A stretch of 64,000 nt of DNA from contig OZ076409.1 of assembly GCA_964187785.1 (NCBI GenBank), positions 83,020,001 to 83,084,000 of the forward strand, in the 5' to 3' direction. A model generated the notes under the pieces. That model made no database searches. It saw only the letters and a program-made list of their open reading frames with translations, and was not told the DNA's origin. Positions within the stretch are counted from its first letter, which is position 1. Every line of letters starts with the position of its first letter. The translations under genes were made by a program, and so were the position numbers. Positions 10,605 through 22,770 of the stretch are shown here, piece after piece. This DNA is from Amphiscolops sp. MND2022 (taxonomy: Eukaryota).

Positions 10605-12262
10605 GGAATGGACTATTAGTCCAAAAATCTAAGAAGACAAACTATAAACTTATCTTATTTTGATTGATTTCGCATATGTTTATGTAAGTATATCATTTTA
10701 TTCGGGGCTTTTGTATTAATGAAGTTTGAAACGCTTTGGAATAATTATCCGGAATTAGCCATGTAAAGTATGTAGTTGAAAGTTGAATATAGTGTATCAA
10801 TACATGTATAACAGTGATAGATATATACCACGGTTGAGAAATTGGACACCAAGGCGTACAGGTAAAGGAAACGAGTTTAAATGTTTCCTTTCCTGTCTCG
10901 CTAAACGCGCTGTCCGTCCAATTTCTCAACCAATCACAGTGCATTGTTCATTTGCTCGCTCCTGTGCTGTATTCTAAATTAAAGGACTCAAGGGCCACAC
11001 GCCACCACAACGACGCTACTCTTGTAATAAATAAAGGCGCGTGGACACTGAGTCCAAAGTAGAATAAAAGAAGTGCGTATATTGAAATTGATAATGTACC
11101 ATCTCAGAAGCGGTATATTTACTCTGATTGGAGATCTGTCACCTTGTTTACAAAAGGACCATTAGTCCTTTTCCCCCCTTCTTTTGTGTTCTCTTATTTT
11201 CCAGAACTTCCTGGATAGAAAGTCAAAACGAGCTGTTTGTATCTTAAGAAGCCATAAAGGACAGCTCGATGTTCACACACCATCTTTGCATGTATTTATT
11301 TCATATGATTTAGCATGTATTGTTTTACATGAAGTGTTGCTACTGAAACTTAATTGGATGGCCTGAAGGGGCACATGTACATCTTTGAATGTAACTACTT
11401 CATATATGTAGAAGCACGTAAATTAATTACGTCATGGTTGTTGCTATTTTTAGTATTACGATAATATACTTGTAAAGACACGTTGTATGTTGTGTCTATT
11501 TTTAGAATACCTGTTACTAAAATTAGACTGATGACTACCACTTTTATGCATGTCATGTTTGGTTGATTATAAATAACCGGGACCCGTGGTCCTGGGGACA
11601 TAATCTTCATACGACTAGTCACAGTCAAGTTCGCTGTTATAATACCGAATACAATATTATTTGCAAGCTTAAAGATTTCAATTCAAATTCTTTCCTCTTG
11701 CAACAATCTCTCATGCCTTCTACGAGACGTCAAAAGGCGAAAACTAGAAAGTCTAGAGAAATGGACATGATGTCCGATATGGACAACTTGGACGTAATGT
11801 TAGGTAATGGGAGTGAAAATCCCATAGAGAGAGAATTAACTGAAGTAATTGAACAATCTTCAGTTCGTAGTGACAGTGAGGCTAATCTGTACCAAAGGGA
11901 TGAATATAGAAACTTCTCCCATGAGAATAGTGAATACAGGCAGAACGATGTCAGGCAGTCTTTTGAAACTTTCTCAAATGAATTTAATCTTAGACTGTCT
12001 CAAGAAATGGATTCCATGATGGCCATGGTACATAGTCAAATAAATAGGGCAATTAGTACTGCCATATCAGAAAAGGTGCTACCAGAGATTCAAAATATTG
12101 TGAGTTCAATGTCTTCCTCTGGGAACAGGGACACTGAGGCTAGCATGTCCCCTAGCAGTCAGGAAAATAGGGAAAATCCATCCCGCTTGAAAACAAAATT
12201 ATTGAAAAAGGACTCGCGGTCCGTTGGTGATTTGAGAGACACCACGGGACGTGGCTCTTACA
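10519..12262 (+). repeat. Putative 3' LTR of element A (1744 bp, TGT...ACA)
   Basis: Preceded by PPT; TG..CA termini; TATAAATA at 11568. The partner LTR is outside the window, so both boundaries are inferred. Confidence 0.7.
11713..12262 (+). CDS. gag-like N-terminal ORF inside the LTR (MPSTRRQKAK...), truncated at the LTR end
   Basis: ATG at 11713, ~145 nt after the TATA box. 183 open codons with helical/coiled-coil character; no stop before the CA terminus, and the reading continues into low-complexity flank. Confidence 0.6.
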
Positions 12263-12347
12263 ATTATATACATTTTTATAATTATATACATATTATAGAT
12301 ATTCAATTGCGACTATTAATGATGCTGGAATATTAATGATAACTAAA

Positions 12348-13001
12348 TCAAGGTACATTGAAAATTGCCATTACTATCATACATGGGACATATTTAAGAT
12401 ACAGCCTTTTGATAACAGCCATTTCCTCAAACGTATCTATGAATGCATTGAAATTCACCTGGAACACCCGCTCCGAGCTGAACCTTATCACTGCTTCTTG
12501 GTCTTCGTCAAGATGTTGTGCTTCAAGAGTCTGTTCGAATAAGTCTATCAAACTCGCCTTATCCTCAAAGATACACGATTTTGAAATAGTCAGACAGTTG
12601 ATGCCCAAAAATGTCTCAGCCTGTAAGTCTGGAACCACACCCAAAATAACATTCACAGCCCCTGGTCTTCCAAAGAAGCAGGCGCAGTGCAAACACGTCA
12701 GACCAAATGCGTCCTTCGTTTTCGCAACTTTGTAGGGCTCCGCTTGCTTCGAGTCTAACTTGAGCAGGAAACTTAAAACATGGTTGTGTCCAGTCACGCA
12801 TAGAAGATGCAGCAAAGTCCTTCCATCAGGATCCATATCGTCCGCCCAGTCAGCTCCGTGGAAAATTAAAGATTTAACCGCATCCAAGCTCCCAAACCGA
12901 CAAGCCCATCTTAAGCAACTCCATCCGTACTTGTCTCTGTGGGTCAAAAGTTTCCGCAAATCTCCATGTTCCTTTTCTCGCTCAACAAGTGGGCCAATAT
13001 T
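12348..13001 (-). CDS. Ankyrin-repeat exon (terminal exon of a host gene or pseudogene)
   Basis: Repeats DKYGWSCLRWACRFGSLDAVKSLIFHGAD, DPDGRTLLHLLCVTGHNHVLSFLL, DAFGLTCLHCACFFGRPGAVNVIL; in-frame acceptor ttgttgtag| at 13002. Confidence 0.8.
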   Translation of the reverse strand, partial: NIGPLVEREKEHGDLRKLLTHRDKYGWSCLRWACRFGSLDAVKSLIFHGADWADDMDPDGRTLLHLLCVTGHNHVLSFLLKLDSKQAEPYKVAKTKDAFGLTCLHCACFFGRPGAVNVILGVVPDLQAETFLGINCLTISKSCIFEDKASLIDLFEQTLEAQHLDEDQEAVIRFSSERVFQVNFNAFIDTFEEMAVIKRLYLKYVPCMIVMAIFNVP

Positions 13002-13081
13002 CTACAACAAAAATTTTGACAAAAAGTAACTCAAACTTTACTTTTCATATTTATGAGCAACAAAATTACATTTAATATTAC

Positions 13082-13405
13082 TTTTCTGAGTAGATTTGCT
13101 GACATCATTAATGCATGACAATGTAAAATCAAAAGTTTGAAGAAAACTTGTGGAAGTATGGATAAAGGATTAGACGTCAATCAATTGATTGGTGCGGCCA
13201 TAGGCTAATTTGGAAGAATGAAGTTTCGGAGAACATGGAGTGACTGCTCTTCAAACACTGATATATCGTCCTTTGCAGTCTCCTTGTGCTCACGCATTTC
13301 GAATATTTTCATGCAACCCATTCCAAATAATGGTGTTATGTCTGTTCTCTCAGTAACCCGGATTTCAATTTTTTGTGTGTTGTTGTCATGTTTAATAAAA
13401 AAACA
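13082..13405 (-). pseudogene. Probable upstream exon of the ankyrin gene, containing two in-frame stops
   Basis: Bounded by ttcag| and |GTAATA, phase 0 compatible with the 13001 exon; TAG and TGA in frame. Confidence 0.4.
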
Positions 13406-13479
13406 CTGAATTACCTAATTAAAAGAGACCTCATTTTGTTTCCTTAAAAAAGGCAGTGTGATTATTAATAAAAACAATA

Positions 13480-13960
13480 ACAAACTAATGCATTAAATAT
13501 AAACTTAACTAAAGCGGTAGTCTCCACCATTTTTTTCTATGTTCCGGTTGTTCCATTTCTTTCGCTATTTTACTTGAGAAGTGAACTTTATATTTGCTTT
13601 TAATTGTTTCAGCGGAAAATTTTTTTTGACCAGACAAGATGGTAGGCTATTCCACAGGGGTAGAGTCCTTATGAAGAAACTTTTTCTCATGAATTCGTTA
13701 GAGATTTTTGTATTGCATACAAGTTTCTTCGTTCGACTGTGATACTTCATTCTAGCTGTTGGTATTGTATTAGGACCACTGAAGACTGGTAGTAGGTTAT
13801 TTTGATATTTCCAGAAGTAAAAACATGATTTATAGTCAAGAAAAATTCTTATTGGAAGTATATTGTGTTTAATTTTCAAATCACTCGATGAGTCCTGTTT
13901 TTGACGAATAAAACAGGCTTTTACACCCCAACTCAACTGTTTTTCAAGTGTTGTTAAGAG
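13480..13960 (-). mobile_element. 3' end of a non-LTR retrotransposon (CR1/L2-like ORF2 C-terminus)
   Basis: ORF 13565-13936 contains KSFFIRTLPLWNSLP, typical of the C-terminus of CR1/L2-group ORF2. Confidence 0.75.
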
Positions 13961-13989
13961 ATTTTGTGAATATTTATTATGGGAAAATT

Positions 13990-14503
13990 AATGCCTGCGG
14001 TAATGTATTTGCCTTGTTTTCTTCTCTTATGTTTTTTGCTAGTTTGGGTAAAGTGTTTTCTTCATATCATTGCTTCTTCTGTTCTCATTTTGTCCGGTAA
14101 TTAGTTGTCGGTAACTGCTGTCAAGTACTTTGATATCAAAAGTTTTTCCGCTTGCACTGTGTTGAAATTGAAATCTTTCTCTATCTGGATCAGAAATGTT
14201 CGGAAGTCTTCCAGTGTTTCGTATTTTGTCGGTTTTGCCCAAAGAAGTCCCACCTGTTACGATATGTGTTTTGGTAAGTAGTATTCTATTGATAATCTAA
14301 TCAGGCCCTTTATGCCGACATTATTCGGTTCTGTTTTGTATTCAGCACTTGGTTTTTGGAATATTGTGTCTGGTCCAATACCACTGATAAACTTCTCTCG
14401 TAGCTTCGTTTCAAGTCCATCCGGTTTCTGTCATTTCTTTTCTTTTGAGTAGGGGACTGATATCCTTTTTGTGTTCCCGCTTCGTAAATTTTCGGAATCC
14501 TTT
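13990..14503 (-). mobile_element. Decayed Gypsy fragment; gag related to element B
   Basis: Minus strand reads (with frameshifts) RFRKFTKREHKKDISPLL..EMTETGW, then FISGIGPD..AEYKTEP..IKGLIRL..EYYLPK. This parallels element B gag RFRQYTKRKYKIDI..FIWGIGP..YKIEP..VKDLIRLFNEYFLPK. Confidence 0.7.
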
Positions 14504-15070
14504 TCAGCTATCTGCGATTGTTCAAATTCTTTGCGTCGGTCAATTTTTTGAAAAGTTGACACCTCCATAAAGAAAAAAAGCAGATTTTAAAACGTTTTAT
14601 ATGATGATGATTGAAATCAGTTCACTCATACATGAACCAGTTATTAAAGCATTTCAAACTAAATATGTGGAACGTTTTGCATTTTTGGCCCTCGTCTGGG
14701 TCAAATGTTTTCCACACGATTGTCTTTTTATAGGTTTGAATGTCTTCCACTATTTGTAAACTTGAAACAAATTATCATAACAGTCAATTTACGCTGACGG
14801 TAATGAAATTTTTGATGAATTAGTTCACTTCTCAAGTATTGCTGAGGTAAATTCTAGTGGAACAGTTTTGTACCATCTTTGCGAATTTTGCGATTTCAAA
14901 GACCTGCAACAAAGCAGTTGTTGACACCGGAGTTCAATATGACGTGAGTGCCATTTCACCTTCAGCTTTGACCGAAAACGTAAGCGTATGCGGCCGTCGC
15001 AATCCGAACTCATGAAGTCATACAAAAATCGTTGATGAAAAACATGAAAGCCATAGCAAGATTAGCTACT

Positions 15071-15606
15071 TTTAGTGGACGCTTTTCGTAGAAAAACGCA
15101 AACTATAATAGTGACCTTTCTTTTTTTAAAAAAAAAACCAACGAAGTGACAGATTTTATAAGCTTTATAAGCTGGCTTCCACTAACTGCCACACTAATGT
15201 AACTTCTACTGCCACTTGGCACAGAGGATATTTGGTATTTTTGAGGTCTGCCAAGCAGAAGGACGTGGGTTCGAGTCTCGCCCATTTTTTTGTGCATGTT
15301 ATTTCGGCTTTGTGAGACGCTTGTCGCAAATTTTTCAATGTCTCCAAAGGGTCTCACCTTCAATTGTCTTCTATTTTGCAACGGAATGGATGTTCAAAAA
15401 ATCCCATGGGCCCGCTTCTACTTTTTTCGGCACTATGCGACTTACCGGAACTTCAAAAAATTTCAATTTTTTTTAAATCTCAGGATTTTTTTTTTCAATT
15501 TTTATCTCATGCGGGTACTGTAGAAGAGAATACTTGAAACTTTGAAGTCCTTTTGCCATTTTTGAGCCTTAAATGTGGCGCCAACTAAGGCCGTTCCCGG
15601 GTTGTT
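15071..15606 (-). mobile_element. Non-autonomous Helentron-like repeat (copies also at ~18327-18862 and ~20755-21289)
   Basis: Reverse-complement homologue of 26611-27140 with the same termini and the same tRNA-like core. Confidence 0.7.
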
Positions 15607-15904
15607 TGTTTATGCAACTAGTTTCCAAATTTAGGGAGACAATGTATTGCACGCCAGTGTCTATAGAAGTTCAACCCGGGATATATTTATATATATTATG
15701 TGTGCAGCGTATTTTTAATCGGCGCATTTCTTGTAAAAAGTGCCCGACCTTCACAACGGCTAGAGGCACTTTTTTCGTCAGACCAACGAGCTCACTCTGT
15801 GTGTACCACTTTTTGTGGATTATGCACTTTTACCAAAAGTACTCATTACTCGATTTTGAACACATCCAAAAGCCTCTAACATGAAATACAAAAACTAATG
15901 CTAA

Positions 15905-16422
15905 CCCTAGTTGAAACTGCAGGAGCTTTTCACATGCTGCAGTCCTGCACGCAGGGTTTTTTTTATAAAACCTAGAAAATTCAGCGAACTTCAGTTGTTA
16001 AATCATGTACAATTACGCTGCATTTTCCACTCCTGCAATTAAATTTGAAATGAAAGATCCACTACATCACCGATACGATCAGATTGTATTCACACTTTGT
16101 TTTCTCAAATAGCACGCTGAAGATGACGCTAATTTGCAGTTTATTACGCGACTGAAGTCATTTTGAATTAAATTAGCGGTAAAATTGATAGCAACTTATT
16201 TGCTTTTAAAATTATAGCCGCTGCTTAATGAAACCTGCAAAACTTCAATGCTTAAAATTGCCGCCAAAACTTTGATGAATTTTTCAAGCAGCTTGATAAA
16301 AGTTAAATACAACAGGGAAATATTTTCGGTTGAAAGTTTCTGTAAGAGGTTTAGAAAATCATAATAAAAGTTTCTGGCAACATTAAAGTACATACAAAAA
16401 GTTCATGCAGTTTCAACTAGGG
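15905..16422. mobile_element. MITE with CCCTAGTTGAAACTGCA terminal inverted repeats (second copy 21583-22100)
   Basis: 17-bp perfect TIR, extendable to ~26 bp with mismatches; non-coding interior. CCC..GGG ends are piggyBac-like, but no intact TTAA TSD is present. Confidence 0.75.
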
Positions 16423-19400
16423 AAGTTTTTCGGCAGCAAGAATTTTTCCGCCCCATTTTAATTTTGTGAGACTATTTCTCGAAAGTTTCTAATGTTTCCA
16501 AAAGTCCCCTTCATTTTTTAAGGATTTTGCAACTGAAGGGATGTTGAAAAAGCCCAAAATGTCCCCCTTTTACGTTTTTCGGCACCATGCGGTTGTTCAA
16601 AATTCTCATCATTCGTCTAATATTAGGTTTTCTCAAGATATTTCCTCGAAATATTTTTTTGATGCTATCCGAATTTCTGAAGTAGTATCCGAAGTAAAAT
16701 GCATTTCACTAAAGAGGAGTGGAGGTTCAAAATATTGCGCTATATCCGAAATTTTGACGTTATATCAACCATTTTTCCCATTCATGCACGCGTTTGTCTC
16801 AGCACGCTAAATCCGAACTTCTGAATTGTATTCGGAGCGCCAATGGCAGCTTTCGGGTGTTTCGAAATTTTTTAAATGAGTTTCTCATGGAAGACGTCTC
16901 GAGCCTATGTTAAAAACTTTGCTCTTTTTGAGCCTTAGGTACAGCGTCAACTTGAAACGTTCATGCCTCAGTGACTGTTATCATAATTGACTGTTAAAAA
17001 CATCCGTTTTGATTTTGTTATTAGTTGATGGGTTGTGCTCATCTTCCAGCAAAGTAGTTTTTCACGGCTTCTTGTAATCTTAATGTGATTTTTAGTCGGC
17101 ACTTTTTTTTAGGAAAGAGTAGATTATGGTAAAGTCTTTTCGTCAGTTTTTTTAATACACCTGAACCAGTCAAAACATTTCTACAAGTTCTTCAAAATTT
17201 GGAAACGTTAGTAGCATCTCATGGCCACTAGGTCCAGTGGTTAACGCGGATTCTTGTCCTGGTTGCGAACTCTGAGAAGTAGTAGTATGTGTGTTCGAGT
17301 ATTGCACTGATTCTAAAATAATTAAAGTTTGCAAAAGTTAGTAGGAAAACCAAAAGTGCCTCTCTTTAGAAGTTTTTCGGCAACTTGAAGCATAAACAAA
17401 TTGTTTTGCGAGCCAAGTTGGCCGTCTCAAGTTTTTTTTCAGCACTATGCGACTTACCGATGTAAAAAAGTTATCAAAATTTTGTTTCCGCATTTTATGT
17501 TTTTAAGATCTTCTGTAATAAAAAATAGCTTCCCGAGTCTTGAGTGAGACCTCTTTGTTAGTTCTTGATCATATGGAACAGATGATTTTTCCTAATGATT
17601 GTGAAAATACCCTTTTTCTAGTTTTTCGGCTCTGTGAGTCCTTATTCCCGAAACTTTCATTTGGTAAAGGGTACCCCTGACAATCATATTTGATTTCGAC
17701 TTAAAAAATTAAGCTGAAATGTTCGGCTCGCTGTGCGAGCTGAAGGCTAGTTTTTTGGTTATATCAGCTATCTGCGGTTGTTCAAATTTTTTGCGTCGGT
17801 CAGTTTTTTGAAAAGTTGACACCTCCATAAGAAAAGCAGATTTTAAATCGTTTTATATGATGATGATTGAAATCAGTTCACTCATACATGAACCAGTTAT
17901 TAAAGCATTTCAAACTAAATATGTGGAACGTTTTGCATTTTTGGCCCTCGTCTGGGTCAAATGTTTTCCACACGATTGTCTTTTTCTAGGTTTGAATGTC
18001 TTCCACTATTTGTAAACTTGAAACAAATTATCATAACAGTCAATTTACGCTGACGGTAATGAAATTTTTGATGAATTAGTTCACTTCTCAAGTATTGCTG
18101 AGGTAAATTCTAGTGGAACAGTTTTGTACCATCTTTGCGAATTTTGCGATTTCAAAGACCTGCAACGAAGCAGTTGTTGACACCGGAGTTCAATAAGACG
18201 TGAGTGCCATTTCACTTTCAGCTTTGACCGAAAACGTAAGCATATGCGGCCGTCGCAATCCGAACTCATGAAGTCATACAAAGATCGTTGATGAAAAAAA
18301 TGATAACCATAGCAAGGTTAGCTATTTTTAGTGGACGCTTTTCGTAGAAAAACGCAAACTATAATAGTGACCTTTCTTTTTTTTTAAAAAAAACCAACGA
18401 AGTGACAGTTTTTATAAGCTTTATAAGCTGGCTTCCACTAACTGCTACACTAATGTAACTTCTACTGCCACTTGGCATAGAGGATATTTAGTATTTTTGA
18501 AGTCTGCCAAGCAGAAGGACGTGGGTTCGAGTCTCGCCAATTTTTTTGTGCATGTTATTTCGGCTTTGTGAGACGCTTGTCGCGAATTTTTCAATGTCTC
18601 CAAAGTGTCTCCCCTTCAATTGTCTTCTATTTTGCAAAGAAATGGATGTTCGAAAAATCCCATGGGCCCCCTTTTACATTTTTTGGCACTATACGACTTA
18701 CCGGAACTTCAAACAATTTCAATTTTTTTTAAATCTCAGGATTTTTTTTTTCAATTTTTATCTCATGCGGGTACTGTAGAAGAGAATACTTGAAACTTTG
18801 AAGTCCTTTTGCCATTTTTGAGCCTTAAATGTGGCGCCAACTAAGACCGTTCCCGGCTTGTTTGTTTATGCAACTAGTTTCCAAATTTTGTGAGACTATT
18901 TCTCGAAAGCTTCTAATGTTTCCAAAAGTCCCCTTCATTTTTTAAGGATTTTGCAACTGAAGGGATGTTGAAAAAGCCCAAAATGTCCCCCTTTTACGTT
19001 TTTCGGCACCATGCGGTTGTTCAAAATTCTCATCACTCGTCTAATATTCGGTTTTCTCAAGATATCTCCTCGAAATATTTTTTTGATACTATCCGAATTT
19101 CTGACGTAGTATCCGAAGTAAAATGCATTTCACTAAAGAGGGGCGGAGGTTCAAAATATTGCGCTATATCCGAAACTTTGACGTTTTATCTGAACCATTT
19201 TTCCCATTCATGCACGCATTTCTCTCAGCACGCTAAATCCGAACTTCTGAATTGTTTTGCGGAGCGCCAATGGCAGCTTTCGGGTGTTTCGATTTTTTTA
19301 AATGAGTTTCTCATGGAAGACGTCTCGAGCCTATGTTAAAAACTTTGCTCTTTTTGAGCCTTAGGTATAGCGTCAACTTGAGACGTTCATGCCTTAGTGA

Positions 19401-22400
19401 CTGTTATCATAATTGGCTGTTAAAAACATCCGTATTGATTTTATTATTGGTTGATGGGTCGTGTGCATCTTCCAGCAAAGTAGTTTTTCATGGCTTCTTG
19501 TAATCTTAATGTGATTTTTAGTCGGCACTTTTTTTAGGAAAGAGTAGAATATGGTAAAGTCTTTTCGTCAGTTTTTTTAATACACCTGAACCAGTCAAAA
19601 CATTTCTACAAGTTCTTAAAAACTTGGAAAAGTTAGTAGCATCTCATGGCCACTAGGTCCAGTGGTTAACGCGGATTCTTGTCCTGGTTGCGAACTCTGA
19701 GAAGTAGTAGTATGTGTGTTCGAGTATTGCACTGATTGTAAAATAATTAAAGTTTGCAAAAGTTAGTAGGAAAACCAAAAGTGCCTCTCTTTAGAAGTTT
19801 TTTGGCAACTTGAAGCATAAACAAATTGTTTTGCGAGCCAAGTTGGCCGTTTTATGTTTTTTTCAGCACTATGCGACTTACCGATGAAAAAAAGTTATCA
19901 AAATTTTGTTTCCGCATTTTATGTTTTTAAGATCTTCTGTAACTAAAAATGGCTTCTCGAGTATTGAGTGAGACCTCTTTGTTAGTTCTTGATCATATGG
20001 AACAGATGATTTTTCCTAATGATTGTGAAAAAGACCTTTTTCCAGTTTTTCGGCTCTGTGAGCCCTTATTCCCCAAACTTTCATTTGGTCAAGGGTACCC
20101 CTGACAATCATATTTGATTTTGACTAAAAAAATTAAGCTGAAATGTTCGGCTCGCTGTGCGAGCTGAGGGCTAGTTTTTTGGTTATATCAGCTATCTGCG
20201 GTTGTTCAAATTCTTTGCGTCGGCCAATTTTTTGAAAAGTTGACACCTCCTTAAAGAAAAAAAGCAGATTTTAAAACGTTTTATATGATGATGATTGAAA
20301 TCAGTTCACTCATACATGAACCAGTTATTAAAGCATTTCAAACTAAACATGTGGAACGTATTGCATTTTTGGCCCTCGTCTGGGTCAAATGTTTTCCACA
20401 CGATTGTTTTTTTCTAGGTTTGAATGTCGTCCACTATTTGTAAACTTGAAACAAATTATCATAACAGTCAATTTACGCTGACGGTAATGAAATTTTCGAT
20501 GAATTAGTTCACTTCTCAAGTATTGCTGAGGTAAATTCTAGTGGACCAGATTTGTACCATCTTTGCGAATTTTGCGATTTCAAAGACCTGCAACAAAGCA
20601 GTTGTTGACACCGGAGTTCAATATGACGTGAGTGCCATTTCACTTTCAGCTTTGACCGAAAACGTAAGCGTATGCGGCCGTCGCAATCCGAACTCATGAA
20701 GTCATACAAAGATCGTTGATGAAAAACATGAAAACCATAGCAAGATTAGCTATTTTTAGTGGACGCTTTTCGTAGAAAAACGCAAACTATAATAGTGACC
20801 TTTCTTTTTTTTTAAAAAAAACCAACGAAGTGACAGTTTTTATAAGCTTTATAAGCTGGCTTCCACTAACTGCCACACTAATGTAACTTCTACTGCCACT
20901 TGGCATAGAGGTTATTTAGTATTTTTGAAGTCTGCCAAGCAGAAGGACGTGGGTTCGAGTCTCGCCCATTTTTTTGTGCATGTTATTTCGGCTTTGTGAG
21001 ACGCTTGTCGCGAATTTTTCAATGTCTCCAAAGTGTCTCCCCTTCAATTGTCTTCTATTTTGCAAAGAAATGGATGTTCGAAAAATCCCATGGGCCCCCT
21101 TTTACATTTTTCGGCACTATACGACTTACCGGAACTTCAAAAAATTTCAATTTTTTTTTAAATCTCAGGAATTTTTTTCAATTTTTTTCTCATGCGGGTA
21201 CTGTAGAAACGAATACTTGAAACTTTGAAGTCCTTTTGCTCTTTTTGAGCCTTAAATTTGGCGCCAACTAAGGCCGTTCCCGGATTGTTTGTTTATGCAA
21301 CTAGTTTCCAAATTTAGGGAGACAATGTATTGCACGCCAGTGTCTAAGTTCAACCCGGGATATATTTATATATATCATATGTGCAGCGTATTTTTAATCG
21401 GCGCATTTCTTGTAAAAAGTGCCCGACATTCACAACGGCTAGAGGCACTTTTTTCGTCAGACCAACGAGCTCACTCTGTGTGTACCACTTTTTGTGGATT
21501 ATGCACTTTTACCAAAAGTACTCATTACTTGATTTTGAACACATCCAAAAGCCTCTAACATGAAATAAAAAACCAATGCTAACCCTAGTTGTAACTGCAG
21601 GAACCTTTCACATGCTGCAGTCCTGCACGCAGGGTTTTTTTTATAAAACCTAGAAAATTCAGCGAACTTCAGTTGTTAAATCATGTACAATTACGCTGCA
21701 TTTTACACTCCTGCAATTAAATTTGAAATGAAAGATCCACTACATCACCGATACGATCAGATTGTTTTCACACTTTGTTTTCTCAAATACAACGCTGAAG
21801 ATGACGCCAATTTGCAGTTTATTACGCGACCGAAGTCATTTTGAATTAAATTAGCGGTAAAATTGATAGCAACTTTTTTGCTTTTAAAATTATAGCTGCT
21901 GATTAATGAAACCTGCAAAAGTTCAATGCTTAAAATTGCCGCCAAAACTTTGATGAATATTTCAAGCAGCTTGATAAAAGTTAAAAACAACAGGGAAATA
22001 TTTTCGCATGAAAGTTTCTGTAAGAGTTTTAGAAAATCATAATAAAAGTTTCTGGCAACATTAAAGTACATACAAAAAGCTCATGCAGTTTCAACTAGGG
22101 AAGTTTTTCGGCAGCAAGAATTTTTTCCGCCCCATTTTAATTTTGTGAGACTATTTCTCGAAAGTTTCTAATGTTTCCAAAAGTCCCCTTCATTTTTTAA
22201 GGATTTTGCAACTGAAGGGATGTTGAAAAAGCCCAAAATGTCCCCCTTTTACGTTTTTCGGCACCATGCGGTTGTTCAAAATTCTCATCATTCGTCTAAT
22301 ATTAGGTTTTCTCAAGATATTTCCTCGAAATATTTTTTTGATGCTATCCGAATTTCTGAAGTAGTATCCGAAGTAAAATGCATTTCACTAAAGAGGAGTG

Positions 22401-22770
22401 GAGGTTCAAAATATTGCGCTATATCCGAAATTTTGACGTTATATCAACCATTTTTCCCATTCATGCACGCGTTTGTCTCAGCACGCTAAATCCGAACTTC
22501 TGAATTGTATTCGGAGCGCCAATGGCAGCTTTCGGGTGTTTCGAAATTTTTTAAATGAGTTTCTCATGGAAGACGTCTCGAGCCTATGTTAAAAACTTTG
22601 CTCTTTTTGAGCCTTAGGTACAGCGTCAACTTGAAACGTTCATGCCTCAGTGACTGTTATCATAATTGACTGTTAAAAACATCCGTTTTGATTTTGTTAT
22701 TAGTTGATGGGTTGTGCTCATCTTCCAGCAAAGTAGTTTTTCACGGCTTCTTGTAATCTTAATGTGATTT

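Larger units (their letters stand above)
1..12262 (+). mobile_element. Ty3/Gypsy LTR retrotransposon A, 3' part (5' end outside window), with ~6.2 kb of extra sequence between pol and the 3' LTR
   Basis: PR-RT-RNaseH-IN domain order in 1..4308. PPT AGGGGGAG at 10511-10518 is followed directly by TGT (10519). Element-like sequence ends ...CTCTTACA at 12262, where it switches abruptly to AT-rich flank. Confidence 0.85.

Noticed and set aside
12263..12336. C-terminus of the 257-aa ORF as real protein
   Set aside because: It is read-through into low-complexity AT-rich flank beyond the LTR end.
15217..15285. Functional tRNA genes (here, at 35534 and at 44140)
   Set aside because: A/B boxes are present but there is no complete cloverleaf or acceptor stem; all lie within repeats.
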